From positions 15,898-79,897 of IMG/VR virus record IMGVR_UViG_3300021964_007165: a stretch of 64,000 nt of DNA. One strand, given 5' to 3'. This stretch comes from a virus. The position numbers and the translations under genes are program-made. Under the pieces are notes generated by a model. It had not been told where the DNA came from and ran no database searches. It was given only the letters and a program-made list of their open reading frames with translations. Below, in pieces: positions 16,737 through 26,651 of the stretch. Position 1 is the first letter of the stretch, and each line of letters starts with the position of its first letter.

Positions 16737-18518
16737 CTATTTACCTTTTTTACCGCCCTTCATGTTAGCACACCAGTGGTACATTTTGCCTTTTTCACCA
16801 CTGTATTTACGGGCCTTTGCTCTTAAACTACTTACTGATCCTTTGCAACTTGCACCTGCTTTTTTGACTCTTCCTGGTTTACTTTTGCCCTTCTTCTTGC
16901 CATCCGCAAAGTTTTCAGTTATATTTTGAACATAATCATCAACCATGATAACACGAGCCATGTCTTTACCTTGTGTAGCAAGTGCATCATATCTATGATG
17001 CCCGTTGACTATTCTTCCTCTACGATCAACTACGATTGGTTCGTATGTATCTTCACGTACTCTCTTATATTGTTTTGTAAGTTTGCCAAAGTCTCTATCT
17101 TTTTGAACAGGCTTAATATTTGACAATTTCATTACACCTTGTTTGCCGTCTATATTCTTGCCTTTGATTTGTGGTGGCGGATTACCGTCAGTAGGTTCTG
17201 GATCATAATTATGATCTTGATATCCACTTACATCACCTAATGAATATCCTAAACGTTTTAAATTTTTAACCATATGCTCGGCTTCTTTTTTGCCTCCAAA
17301 AAAGTTGATGTAAATATCTTGATCACCCATATTAACATTATCTTTGTCAACAGATTGCACATTTGCCATGTTGCGGCCTATTTTCATAAAGTCGTAATCT
17401 GTTGCATCACTATCAACTGCTACACTATTTTTTGGTAGTGGAAGTAGATCGCCTTCGTTGGCTTTGAAGTCTGATGAAAATGCTTTTTTATCACCTTTGG
17501 CCGCCGCGGCTCTTCTTGCTTTTATTTTATCTGCTACACTTTGTTCCTCTGGTGGACGTTTCTTCTTAATAGTTGCACGTTTAGGACTGCGACCAATAGT
17601 GAATCCCATAATTTCATTTGTATCTTCTTCTGCTGGTTTTGTAAAATAATCTTTTAGATTTGAAGCCGTTCTTTCAAACTTATGATCCTTATGCTTGAAT
17701 CCTACACCACCTGCGCCTTCCCACTTACTAACATTTTGACCAAAGTCGTCAATTAATATGTTAGGAGTGCCATCTGGATTTTTTGCATATGCTTGTTTAT
17801 CTGTAGTAATAATAACTTTCTTAGGAGGAAAAGCACTCAAGTTTTTCTTTACCCATTCACGTTTGTGTGGCTCTGCTCTATCATCATTTGCCAACGGAGC
17901 AGATAGGATATTATATTCTCCTTTAATATTTTTAATTATACCTAACAATTTATCAGCATTTGCTGTCGGTTTTAGTTTAAGCCAAAAGTCATCTGTATCT
18001 CTAATCTTTTGCAGTGCTTGGTCAACATTCTTAATTTGTTTCCAGTCGCTAACACCCATCATTTTAGTCCAAGCACCAAAGAAGTCTACCAGTACCCCAT
18101 CCATGTCAACGTAAATTTCTGAATCGCTTGAAAGTTCTTTACCTTTTAATTCGTTAACTTGACTTTCTTTTGCCATTTTAGTTGCTGTTGCATACATAAC
18201 TGCTTCAGCATCTTTGCCGTAACGGTCTTTAAAATCGCCCTTAGACTTCTTCATACCTTTAACGTATTTTTCTTTTTTCTTTTCTTCGCCTTTAGTTAAT
18301 GAACGTTCTTCAACGCTTTCCGCCATACCTAAATTAAATAATACGTTTGTTTTAGAACCTTTTACCTTTTTGCTTAGTGTAGGCGGACGTCCGTCTTTGT
18401 CTACAGTGTTTCCAAATTTTGCGGCTTGTTTTTTAATAGCATCAACGCCAACATCGGGTGTAGTATTAACACCCTTTACAACACGACCACCATTTTCTTT
18501 TATTTCGCTAAACTTCAT
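16737..18518 (-). CDS. Multi-module protein: HAD 5'(3')-deoxyribonucleotidase plus ParB/Srx-like domain, probably head-packaged
   Basis: IYVDMDGVLVDF...ILIDD (NT5C-like); PIVVD...IVNGHHRY (ParB-N); MKFSEIKE leader. Confidence 0.75.
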   Translation of the reverse strand: MKFSEIKENGGRVVKGVNTTPDVGVDAIKKQAAKFGNTVDKDGRPPTLSKKVKGSKTNVLFNLGMAESVEERSLTKGEEKKKEKYVKGMKKSKGDFKDRYGKDAEAVMYATATKMAKESQVNELKGKELSSDSEIYVDMDGVLVDFFGAWTKMMGVSDWKQIKNVDQALQKIRDTDDFWLKLKPTANADKLLGIIKNIKGEYNILSAPLANDDRAEPHKREWVKKNLSAFPPKKVIITTDKQAYAKNPDGTPNILIDDFGQNVSKWEGAGGVGFKHKDHKFERTASNLKDYFTKPAEEDTNEIMGFTIGRSPKRATIKKKRPPEEQSVADKIKARRAAAAKGDKKAFSSDFKANEGDLLPLPKNSVAVDSDATDYDFMKIGRNMANVQSVDKDNVNMGDQDIYINFFGGKKEAEHMVKNLKRLGYSLGDVSGYQDHNYDPEPTDGNPPPQIKGKNIDGKQGVMKLSNIKPVQKDRDFGKLTKQYKRVREDTYEPIVVDRRGRIVNGHHRYDALATQGKDMARVIMVDDYVQNITENFADGKKKGKSKPGRVKKAGASCKGSVSSLRAKARKYSGEKGKMYHWCANMKGGKKGK

Positions 18519-18733
18519 TTTTTACGTCCTCTAAATTGAGGCATACCGCCAGTCATGTGTGGCAAACTAAACCATAGTTTAAACCAATCTGGATCTCCAG
18601 GTTTAATTCCTTTTTCTCTTTCAATTTTTCTTTTTTCGGTTCCTGTAATAGATAGATTTTCATCTACAGGCTGTAATCCTTTAAAAGAGTATTCGCCAAT
18701 ACCTGCTAACTGTTTTAAAGTTTCTAAATCCAT
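18515..18733 (-). CDS. Small hypothetical head-associated protein
   Basis: LKQLAGI motif; IKPGDPDWFKLWF. Confidence 0.6.
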   Translation of the reverse strand: MDLETLKQLAGIGEYSFKGLQPVDENLSITGTEKRKIEREKGIKPGDPDWFKLWFSLPHMTGGMPQFRGRKK

Positions 18734-19704
18734 TATGCTGACGCCTTAAGTTCTGCTTTTAATTCTTTTTCTAATTCACTAACGTAACTGTTATCAGGTT
18801 TAAAGTTTTTAATTACCTCAGTCATTTCTTTTCTGGACTTGCCTTCTTTTTCTGCACTAACTAATTCATCATATAATTTTTTACCACCATATAATGCTAT
18901 AGCAATACCAACTGCTGGCAAACCGTATTTTAATAATCCTTTTACAATAGGATGATCAATAATATCTTGTACAAATTCTATTGCATCTGATATCCAACTT
19001 ATACCTTTCCATGCAACTAATGAAAAACTAATTAGCCATTTGTTGTTCCATAAAAACTTACCAAGTGTTAGTGCATGTTTACCGTATTTTAATGTATTCA
19101 TTATTGCTGGTATAGCAAACTCATCTACTTGTTCTTCTTGTTTACCCCCAAGTATTGTTGATAAGTTATCAAACATTTTTTTAGCATAAGGTTGTGCAGA
19201 CTTAGTTACACCTTTGCTAAATGCCTCAAAGTTATTATCCATAACTGCTTGACGCATTTTACTTGCACTCATCCCTGATGCATCATCTGCATCTGGATTA
19301 CGTGAAAGTCTTTGAAATTTAATTTCTTCAAAGTCAAAGAACCCGTGATCTTTTTTAATACCGTTGTAATTTTCTAATAGTTTTCCTAACTTATCTTCAC
19401 CTTCAAAGAATGTTACACTTCTGTAACCTCTTGCATATAAATCACTTGCGGCAAACATAATATTTTTAGATAATTCTATTTTAATATCTGGAAAACTTTT
19501 TCGTGCCCAATCTAATTTTTCATTTGGATTCAAAGGATCTGTTGGAAGTTTTGCGGCTCTGTCTGTCAAGAACAGTATTGCATCACCCGGACCTTGTTTA
19601 AGTGCTTCAACAAGTAAGCCGTGTCCTGTTGTAGCAGGATTTAATCTTCCTAAAGCAAAACTTACTTCTTTTTTTGGTGCTTCAAATAGTTCTCTCAAAA
19701 ACAT
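18733..19704 (-). CDS. HIGH-family nucleotidyltransferase (phage cytidyltransferase-like) with hydrophobic C-terminal extension
   Basis: GRLNPATTGH (TxGH), PL, MSASKMR motifs; MFLRELFE leader. Confidence 0.8.
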   Translation of the reverse strand: MFLRELFEAPKKEVSFALGRLNPATTGHGLLVEALKQGPGDAILFLTDRAAKLPTDPLNPNEKLDWARKSFPDIKIELSKNIMFAASDLYARGYRSVTFFEGEDKLGKLLENYNGIKKDHGFFDFEEIKFQRLSRNPDADDASGMSASKMRQAVMDNNFEAFSKGVTKSAQPYAKKMFDNLSTILGGKQEEQVDEFAIPAIMNTLKYGKHALTLGKFLWNNKWLISFSLVAWKGISWISDAIEFVQDIIDHPIVKGLLKYGLPAVGIAIALYGGKKLYDELVSAEKEGKSRKEMTEVIKNFKPDNSYVSELEKELKAELKASA

Positions 19705-20033
19705 TAGTACTCGCCTTGTTTAAATCCGTCTACTTCTTCTTCGTAAATTTGTTCAGCAAGTCCTTTTCGTTCGTCCATTGTAATTAAATCTTCTGGATTA
19801 CCTGCAATATCAAATTTCTTAATATAATCATTAACACCTTGGTTTACCATAGGTAAAATAATTTCTAAGGCTTTATTAGAATCACCATTGTTATAGCAGT
19901 CTTGACATTTTGCCATAGTCGGGTAGTACATCTGTCTATAAAATCTTGTATCGTCTCGCATGTGACAAAGTAAGTCACTTGGAACATCATATGAAGGATT
20001 GTCTTCTCTACCTAAAATATCATCAAATTTCAT
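19704..20033 (-). CDS. Hypothetical protein
   Basis: MKFDDILG...FYRQMYYP...GEY; ATG 20033 adjacent to upstream stop. Confidence 0.6.
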   Translation of the reverse strand: MKFDDILGREDNPSYDVPSDLLCHMRDDTRFYRQMYYPTMAKCQDCYNNGDSNKALEIILPMVNQGVNDYIKKFDIAGNPEDLITMDERKGLAEQIYEEEVDGFKQGEY

Positions 20034-20034
20034 G

Positions 20035-20697
20035 CTACCACTTCCTGCAAGACCAATATCTTGCCTTATGTCTCGGACCTGGATTATCACAGTTGTGTCT
20101 TGCTCTAAAACTTCTGCGTCTTGCCGGGTTAGACTTTTTAATTTTCATATTAGGATCACCAAAGTTAACTTTTACTACATTACCTTTTGGATTCTTAACA
20201 TACACTTTAAACTTCTTAACATCACCACGCATTGGCTTGCCAAGTTTTACTTTACGTCCTTGATACTCTGCTTCGTCTACAATTTCGTCTTCGTTAAACC
20301 ATAGTTCGCCGTATGCATTATAAAAGTCGTCACCGTCATATGTTTCTTCGTCGATGTTAGAAAGTTCTTTGATTCTATCTAATTCGTCTGCTTCACCATA
20401 TGGATCTTCTGCTTCTGTGCCACATTTTACACACTTGTCACCATAATGCATTCCACTGTCTTCACCTTGGTCCATTAACAAATTATCCAATGCACCTTGA
20501 CCGGTTTCGCCATCTGCTACAAGATCTTGATTGTCTGCTTCCCAGTCATCGATGTATTCTTGTTTTTCTTGTGGAGTCATTGAGAATTCATTTTCATCGC
20601 CACACTTTTTGCAGTTCCAAGTATATGCATAATCATCTTGTTCTTCTGCAACTTCGTTGACAGTTTCAGCAAGATAATCTCTAAATGTTTTAGTCAT
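20035..20697 (-). CDS. Putative head protein: acidic Zn-ribbon N-part plus basic C-terminal domain
   Basis: MTKTFRDYLAE leader; CKKC/CVKC; KVNFGDP...SFRARH.C...ARYWSC..W. Confidence 0.65.
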   Translation of the reverse strand: MTKTFRDYLAETVNEVAEEQDDYAYTWNCKKCGDENEFSMTPQEKQEYIDDWEADNQDLVADGETGQGALDNLLMDQGEDSGMHYGDKCVKCGTEAEDPYGEADELDRIKELSNIDEETYDGDDFYNAYGELWFNEDEIVDEAEYQGRKVKLGKPMRGDVKKFKVYVKNPKGNVVKVNFGDPNMKIKKSNPARRRSFRARHNCDNPGPRHKARYWSCRKW

Positions 20698-20753
20698 ATG
20701 ATAGTCCCTTTATACGTATATAAAGTATTTATCACAGTTTGTCAACTAAAAGA

Positions 20754-21023
20754 TTATACAGAGATTTCGATATCGAACTTGTCAAATCCTAAATCAAACA
20801 GTCTATTTGCTATTCTTTCTGCAACAGCGTTAGATTCTGCTTCATCTAACTGTTTGTGGGTATCTATTGTAAGTATAGTTTCGCCCTTGTCAGACTCAAA
20901 TACTTCGTATAGTGCTTCAGATTCGGTTAGTGCTTCGTCTGTGCAATTCAGCACTTGTTCGGCAATAATAGCATCAACATCTTCTTGTTTGCCTTGCCAC
21001 ACAATATTAATAAAATTACTCAT
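20754..21023 (-). CDS. Acidic hypothetical protein
   Basis: 89 aa, AGGAG RBS. Confidence 0.6.
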   Translation of the reverse strand: MSNFINIVWQGKQEDVDAIIAEQVLNCTDEALTESEALYEVFESDKGETILTIDTHKQLDEAESNAVAERIANRLFDLGFDKFDIEISV

Positions 21024-21031
21024 AACTACTC

Positions 21032-21373
21032 CTAATGGTTTAACAAGATACTATTGATAGTACCGTCTGTGTAAACTACTTTTGCTCTAACCCATACAAA
21101 GTTACCAGTAAAATTAGCATGTTTATTTCCAGTCTCTTGAGCGGCAGTGTACGAATGTACTTCAAACCAGTCTGCTTCTACAGGTACAGTTGCCAGTGTT
21201 GCTTCAACACTAATGGTTCCAGTTAAACCTGAATAGTTATATTGAACTGTATGTACACCGTCTGCTCTGCTGTAATATCCGTCACCTTTAAACTTCTCGC
21301 CTGTGATAGTTTCTGTTGTGCTATCACCTGGATGAGTATTTGCTGGTAAAATTATTTCACTGTTACTTGGCAT
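21032..21373 (-). CDS. Beta-rich hypothetical (possible structural) protein, leaderless late gene
   Basis: GDGYY...HTVQY...NFTGNFVWVRA; TAAATA-N5-ATG. Confidence 0.6.
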   Translation of the reverse strand: MPSNSEIILPANTHPGDSTTETITGEKFKGDGYYSRADGVHTVQYNYSGLTGTISVEATLATVPVEADWFEVHSYTAAQETGNKHANFTGNFVWVRAKVVYTDGTINSILLNH

Positions 21374-21391
21374 ACAACTATTTATCTAAAT

Positions 21392-23644
21392 CTATGCTGT
21401 TACAGATTTAGTTTGTGTTTTAGGCACGAGTATAATTTTGCGTTCTTTGATATCAATATGCAAATGTCCGCCATCCTTAAGTTCCCCAAACAGTAGTATT
21501 TTACTTAAATTACTTTTAATTTCTTTATCAATAGTACGTTGTAATGGTCTTGCACCCATCTTCTTATCAAAGCCTACTTCTACAAGATAATCAATAGTAT
21601 CATCTGTAATGTCAACAGTAACATTCTTCTCTTTAAGCATATCACGCAGTTCAACAAGGAATTTACCTACAATCTTAATCATAGTATTCTTCTCAAGTTT
21701 GCCAAATGCAATTACTCCGTCAAGTCTATTACGGAATTCTGGAGCAAAGAACTTCTTAAGTTCAGTATCTTCATAGTCCATTTCCATATCTTCGTTGAAG
21801 CCGATAGCATTTTTTTCTGCTTGTTCTGCTCCTAAGTTCGTGGTTAGGATTAACACAGCATTTTTTGCATCGGCTTCTTTACCGTTGCTTCCAGTAACTT
21901 TTCCATTATCCATTAATTGTAATAGGATCTGTGACACATCGGGATGTGCCTTTTCAATTTCGTCTAACAGTAGAACACAGTTAGGATGTTCTTGCAATTT
22001 AGTAATCAATTGTCCTGCATTGTCTTCGAAGCCTACGTAGCCAGGAGGTGAACCAATTAATTTAGCAACTGAATGCTTCTCTTGATATTCACTCATATCA
22101 AAACGTACAAGTTCCACACTTAGTTCGTTTGCTAACTGTTTTGCAGTTTCGGTTTTACCCACTCCTGTTGGGCCCATAAACACAAAACTACCAACAGGTT
22201 TATTCTCCGATTTTAATCCTGCTTGTGCTACAAGTATCTTATCAACAATCTCATCAATCGCTTTGTCTTGTCCGTAAACTTGTTTCTTTAAGTTTTCTTC
22301 AAGGTGCGCCAGATTACTTGATTCTTTTTGTGAAATTGTTTCTGGTGGTAATTTAATTGCTTTAGCAAGTTCAAATTCAATTTCTTCTTTGCCTACAATC
22401 TTGTCACCTTCAACTTTTTTCAAATTAAATCTTGAACAAGCAAGATCAATTAAGTCAATTGCTTTGTCTGGTAACTTCTTGTCAGCCATATATTTAACAC
22501 TTAACTTGATTGCGGCATCAATACCACTTTCAGTAATTATGGTCTTATGATAATCTTCGTAGTATTTTTTAATGCCTTGCAAAATAGATTTAGTTGTTTC
22601 TTTGTCTGGCTCGGATACACTAACACGCTGGAAACGTCTCATCAATGCACGATCTTTTTCAAAATACTTGCGGTATTCTTCCCAGGTAGTTGATGCCACT
22701 ACTTTAATATCACCTTTACCTAAGGCTGGCTTTAACATGTTTGCAAGATCATTTGAACTATTACTTCCTCCTGCGGCTCCTGCACCGTTCATCATATGTG
22801 CTTCGTCAATAAAAATAATAGTTTTACCTTGTTTTTTAATTGCCTGCATAACAAGTTTAAAACGTTCCTCAAAGTCTCCTCTATACTTAGAACCTGCCAG
22901 CATAGCACTAATATCTAAGTTATATACAGAATATTCTTGTAAAAATTCTGGTACTGCTTTATTAACAATATTCCATGCAAGGCCTTCAGCAATCGCAGTT
23001 TTACCTACACCCGGATCACCTACAAGTAGTACATTATTTTTTGAACGTCTGCCTAATGAAAGTGCAATACTTTCTAATTCTTCATGTCTTCCAATTACAG
23101 GGTCTACTTTATTTTTTTCTACTTCTTTGTTTAAGTTTGTTGAAAACTCACGTAGTGCTTTTTGTGCCACTTGATTCATTTCTGAATCTTCATATACTGC
23201 TTCTAATTCGTTGTTGAGATAATCAGCAAAACCTTCTTTTGTTATTCCTGCCTTCTGAATATGATAGTATGACCAAGATTTCTTTTCATTCATAATACTT
23301 AAGAATACATCAGTAATTTCGATATTGTGTCTACCACTAAATAATACCTGTGTAAAAGACCTATTCAAAACACGTTCAACTGTTGATGTTTTCTTAGGTT
23401 TAAATTTTTTAGAATTTTCAGCAGGTAATACAATATCTGTTAAATCATTTTTTAAGTAGTTTTCTATATTCTTTTTAATAAACTCAGGGTCTGCACCAGA
23501 ACCTTCCACAATCTTAGAAAACTTTTCACTACATAACATTGCAAATAATAAATGTTCAAGAGTAACATACTCGTGATTTAACTTTTTAGCATCGTTCATT
23601 GCTTTGTCAAATACTGCTTGTAAGTCGTCGCTTGGTTCAACCAT
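21392..23644 (-). CDS. clpA: ClpA-like Hsp100 AAA+ chaperone
   Basis: Clp N domain, GDPGVGKT and GPTGVGKT Walker A, no ClpB middle domain, IGF ClpP-docking loop. Confidence 0.92.
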   Translation of the reverse strand: MVEPSDDLQAVFDKAMNDAKKLNHEYVTLEHLLFAMLCSEKFSKIVEGSGADPEFIKKNIENYLKNDLTDIVLPAENSKKFKPKKTSTVERVLNRSFTQVLFSGRHNIEITDVFLSIMNEKKSWSYYHIQKAGITKEGFADYLNNELEAVYEDSEMNQVAQKALREFSTNLNKEVEKNKVDPVIGRHEELESIALSLGRRSKNNVLLVGDPGVGKTAIAEGLAWNIVNKAVPEFLQEYSVYNLDISAMLAGSKYRGDFEERFKLVMQAIKKQGKTIIFIDEAHMMNGAGAAGGSNSSNDLANMLKPALGKGDIKVVASTTWEEYRKYFEKDRALMRRFQRVSVSEPDKETTKSILQGIKKYYEDYHKTIITESGIDAAIKLSVKYMADKKLPDKAIDLIDLACSRFNLKKVEGDKIVGKEEIEFELAKAIKLPPETISQKESSNLAHLEENLKKQVYGQDKAIDEIVDKILVAQAGLKSENKPVGSFVFMGPTGVGKTETAKQLANELSVELVRFDMSEYQEKHSVAKLIGSPPGYVGFEDNAGQLITKLQEHPNCVLLLDEIEKAHPDVSQILLQLMDNGKVTGSNGKEADAKNAVLILTTNLGAEQAEKNAIGFNEDMEMDYEDTELKKFFAPEFRNRLDGVIAFGKLEKNTMIKIVGKFLVELRDMLKEKNVTVDITDDTIDYLVEVGFDKKMGARPLQRTIDKEIKSNLSKILLFGELKDGGHLHIDIKERKIILVPKTQTKSVTA

Positions 23645-24164
23645 ATTGTATCATTCCTTTAATTTTTTTAAAATATTTTTGTTGTTTCTTTTTTGCCATA
23701 TCTAATTTCATCTTACTTACGCGATCAATATAATTGATGCCATATAGATGATCAAATTCATGTTGAAAGATTCTTGCATTCCATCCTTTAAACTCTATTT
23801 TACATTCTTTTCCGCTACTGTCAAGAAACTTTGCTACCAAAGCCTCTGCACGTTTTACCTTAAAAAATAATCCAGGAAAACTTAAACAACCTTCTTCACC
23901 TAATACTGTTTGGTCTGATACTGCTTCAATACGTGGATTAATAATTGCAAACGATTCTCCGTCTTTATATCCTTCTAAATCTTTTGGCTCTAAAATAAAA
24001 ATTTGTGCATCTAAATCAACTTGGTTAGCACTTAATCCAACGCCATGTTCTTTTCGCATGATGTCAATCATATTTTTTTCAATGTTTTTTGCATCTAATT
24101 TATCAAAGTCAAACTCTTTTACTTGCTTTAACAAAGCCTGATGCGGATGATATACTAAGTTCAT
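23637..24164 (-). CDS. def: Peptide deformylase
   Basis: GVGLSANQ, EGCLS, QHEFDHL. Confidence 0.95.
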   Translation of the reverse strand: MNLVYHPHQALLKQVKEFDFDKLDAKNIEKNMIDIMRKEHGVGLSANQVDLDAQIFILEPKDLEGYKDGESFAIINPRIEAVSDQTVLGEEGCLSFPGLFFKVKRAEALVAKFLDSSGKECKIEFKGWNARIFQHEFDHLYGINYIDRVSKMKLDMAKKKQQKYFKKIKGMIQYG

Positions 24165-25000
24165 TCCTTAATCTCTCTTATTTTTTCGTATTGATCTTGG
24201 GTTAAATTTTTTGGAATAACGCCGTTTACTTTTAAGTAAACATTTCCAGATGTGCCTGAATTATAATCGGGTAAACCTTGCCCGCCTATACTTAAAACTG
24301 TGCCTGGTTGTGTGCCTCTTGGTATATTAATACTTATAGTTTTACCTGAAGGTAATGCAAGATTTGTGGTAGTTCCTAATATCATTTCAAAAATATCAAT
24401 TGATGTTGTTGTGTGTAAATTTAAATGGTCTACTTCAAAATTAGGATGTCTTTTGATCCTTACCTTGACATTTAAGTTACCTCTTGGAACTGTTGGAACG
24501 CTATCGTCACCAAGTCCTCCATAACGTATGGTATCTCCATGTCTTGCGCCTTTTGGAATATCGATATTGACTGTTTGCTCTTTTCCAGTATTGGTTCTAA
24601 ATGTAGCAATTATTCCTTTGCCTGTGTAAACTTCACCAAGTTCGATATCACAAGCGATTGTTATATCTCTATTTTGTTGTGGTCTACGTTGCTGTTGAAA
24701 TCCTCTACCAAAAAATGTACTGAACATTTCATTTATGTCACCATTAAATTCAAAATTACCTGGTCCGCCAAAACCTTGTTGTTGGAATCCTGCTTGTTGT
24801 GGATCAGTAGTTCCAAACTGATCATACATTTGTTTCTTTTGTGGATCGGTAAGTGTTTGGTATGCTTCGTTTAACTGTGTGAATTTTTTATGATCTCCGC
24901 CTTTGTCAGGATGATGCTTTGCCGCAAGTTTACGGAAAGCCGTTTTAATATCCTTTTCAGAGGCATTTCGAGAAACGCCTAATAGTTCATAATAATCCAT
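24161..25000 (-). CDS. DnaJ class B co-chaperone (CbpA-like)
   Basis: J domain with HPD, G/F region, C-terminal domain, no Zn finger. Confidence 0.93.
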   Translation of the reverse strand: MDYYELLGVSRNASEKDIKTAFRKLAAKHHPDKGGDHKKFTQLNEAYQTLTDPQKKQMYDQFGTTDPQQAGFQQQGFGGPGNFEFNGDINEMFSTFFGRGFQQQRRPQQNRDITIACDIELGEVYTGKGIIATFRTNTGKEQTVNIDIPKGARHGDTIRYGGLGDDSVPTVPRGNLNVKVRIKRHPNFEVDHLNLHTTTSIDIFEMILGTTTNLALPSGKTISINIPRGTQPGTVLSIGGQGLPDYNSGTSGNVYLKVNGVIPKNLTQDQYEKIREIKE

Positions 25001-25006
25001 AACAGT

Positions 25007-25035
25007 ATTATATACTTATATTAGACGTTTGTCAA
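25007..25035 (-). promoter_or_regulatory. sigma70 promoter giving leaderless dnaJ mRNA
   Basis: TTGACA-N17-TATAAT-N6-ATG, no SD. Confidence 0.75.
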
Positions 25036-25038
25036 GTT

Positions 25039-25356
25039 TTATTTGTCTGATTTTGCTTTAGAACCTGTGTATAGACCAAACCATGCCGCGCCAGCACCAA
25101 CTACGATACTAACCAACCCCGATTGTTCCATAGTTGGATCTGGTAAATTCATATACCAAATTACAACTCTATACAATAAGATAATATAAACTGTAATAAA
25201 GATACGAGGAAAAATTCTCCAACTATCAACTGCTCTTGCTAAGTGTATTAATTTTGCATATGGATTAATACCCAAGTCTTTGACCGAAGTATCAACTTCT
25301 AAATCAACTTGAATTTTTTGTTTAGGTTCTGCAACCTTTACATCTTTGTCTAACAT
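25039..25356 (-). CDS. Two-TM membrane protein, holin candidate
   Basis: DSWRIFPR, two TM segments, in lysis cluster. Confidence 0.5.
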   Translation of the reverse strand: MLDKDVKVAEPKQKIQVDLEVDTSVKDLGINPYAKLIHLARAVDSWRIFPRIFITVYIILLYRVVIWYMNLPDPTMEQSGLVSIVVGAGAAWFGLYTGSKAKSDK

Positions 25357-25637
25357 TATTTTTTACCCTCTAATTTTTTAATTCGAGATTCTAACTCGTC
25401 TATCTTTTGTGTTACATGGGGATACTTTGTACGCCATGCATTTGGATCATTTTGAAACCAAGTCCAGCCCCAACGTATTGCAAGATATTCAAGAAAAGCA
25501 TCAAAATTTCTTACTGCCCACATTGCCATTTTTGTATCTTTAAACCAATACAAAAATGCGGCACCAAACAAAGAACCTGCGATTGCTGTGTAAATCCACA
25601 AACGGTCAGTTGCCAATCTTTCAATAATTTCCCACAT
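25356..25637 (-). CDS. Single-TM membrane protein with C-terminal coiled coil
   Basis: Hydrophobic N-part; KIDELESRIKKLE. Confidence 0.55.
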   Translation of the reverse strand: MWEIIERLATDRLWIYTAIAGSLFGAAFLYWFKDTKMAMWAVRNFDAFLEYLAIRWGWTWFQNDPNAWRTKYPHVTQKIDELESRIKKLEGKK

Positions 25638-25638
25638 A

Positions 25639-26118
25639 CTATTTCTTCTCCGATATTACAAATCGTAAATTTTTATGGTCTGGATAATTCACAACCACGG
25701 GTCCTTCCGGACACAGGTAATCTATGTGTGCCAACAGCGTTGCTTCGCCCTCTGTAATCATATCTTGATGCTCCTCGTCAATAGTAAATGAGAATCCAAA
25801 CTTGTCTATCTTGTCGCTGGCAGGTCCTGAAAACTTGGCCACGCTTGGTGTTGCCGTATGGATCATATACTTGCTGTCCTTGACTTCAAGCCTAAATCCT
25901 TCAACACTACAGTCATCTCTGTGCTTTTCACGGGCAACAATAACATCAAATGATCCATCTCTTGGGCCATCTGACACTTCAAAGTATTCTGGTGCCCAAG
26001 TAAGTATGTCCTTGCTTTCCAACTTGTCCCACAGGGTGTATCCGCCACCTATGAGAGCAAATGATGCTGTTACAACACCAATGCCCTTTGTAATATTTTC
26101 TACATCAAAACTAAACAT
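25639..26118 (-). CDS. Membrane-anchored protein with two-Cys periplasmic domain
   Basis: N-terminal TM then beta-rich domain; start 26118 lies downstream of TAAATA (26147-26142) and AGGAG. Confidence 0.55.
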   Translation of the reverse strand: MFSFDVENITKGIGVVTASFALIGGGYTLWDKLESKDILTWAPEYFEVSDGPRDGSFDVIVAREKHRDDCSVEGFRLEVKDSKYMIHTATPSVAKFSGPASDKIDKFGFSFTIDEEHQDMITEGEATLLAHIDYLCPEGPVVVNYPDHKNLRFVISEKK

Positions 26119-26158
26119 TCGTCCATGTTCTCCTATATGTGTATTTATCGGAATTTGG

Positions 26159-26338
26159 TTAGAAAGAACAGGCAACTTCGCCTTTAGTAACTACATTTTC
26201 TCGTACCTTGCTCATGTCTTGAGGAATATCCTTAACTTCTAAGCCAGGTTTTACGGTGCATTTAGATTGGGTGGAACAACTACTTAGGATCAGTAGTGTT
26301 AGGATCAGACTCGCCTTCGTAATAATCTTTGTAAGCAT
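26159..26338 (-). CDS. 59-aa lipoprotein not in ORF track
   Basis: MLTKIITKASLILTLLILSSCSTQSKCTVKPGLEVKDIPQDMSKVRENVVTKGEVACSF; lipobox LSS|C; fills an otherwise empty gap. Confidence 0.6.
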   Translation of the reverse strand: MLTKIITKASLILTLLILSSCSTQSKCTVKPGLEVKDIPQDMSKVRENVVTKGEVACSF

Positions 26339-26651
26339 CTATAATTTGTCTTTGTTTGATCATATAGGCACGGATCTGTGCAAAGTTCTTTGATAAAAGT
26401 TCATAGTCGTCATCGCTTAGTCCAAATAATACAGGATCTTTTCCTTGTTCTTTTAACTTAGCAAATACTTCTTCTGCATTTTCTGAAGTAATAATGACCC
26501 ATTTAATGTTTTCCATCTTAGCCGCTTCTGGCTGAGATAAATTTAAAGGTTCTCTTTCTACTTCTGTTTTAAAAACGTCCAATTTAGAAACAGTTGAACA
26601 ACCTGAAAGAAAGATTGCAAATAAACATACTATTAAAATATTCTTAGTCAT
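26280..26651 (-). CDS. Outer-membrane lipoprotein, o-spanin candidate
   Basis: Lipobox LSG|C; directly follows i-spanin-like gene. Confidence 0.75.
   Translation of the reverse strand: MTKNILIVCLFAIFLSGCSTVSKLDVFKTEVEREPLNLSQPEAAKMENIKWVIITSENAEEVFAKLKEQGKDPVLFGLSDDDYELLSKNFAQIRAYMIKQRQIIDAYKDYYEGESDPNTTDPK

Noticed and set aside
22572-23174. 200-aa plus-strand ORF and other antisense ORFs (17758, 25802, 37651, 39469, 61680 etc.)
   Set aside because: Shadows of well-supported minus-strand genes, with no RBS or motifs
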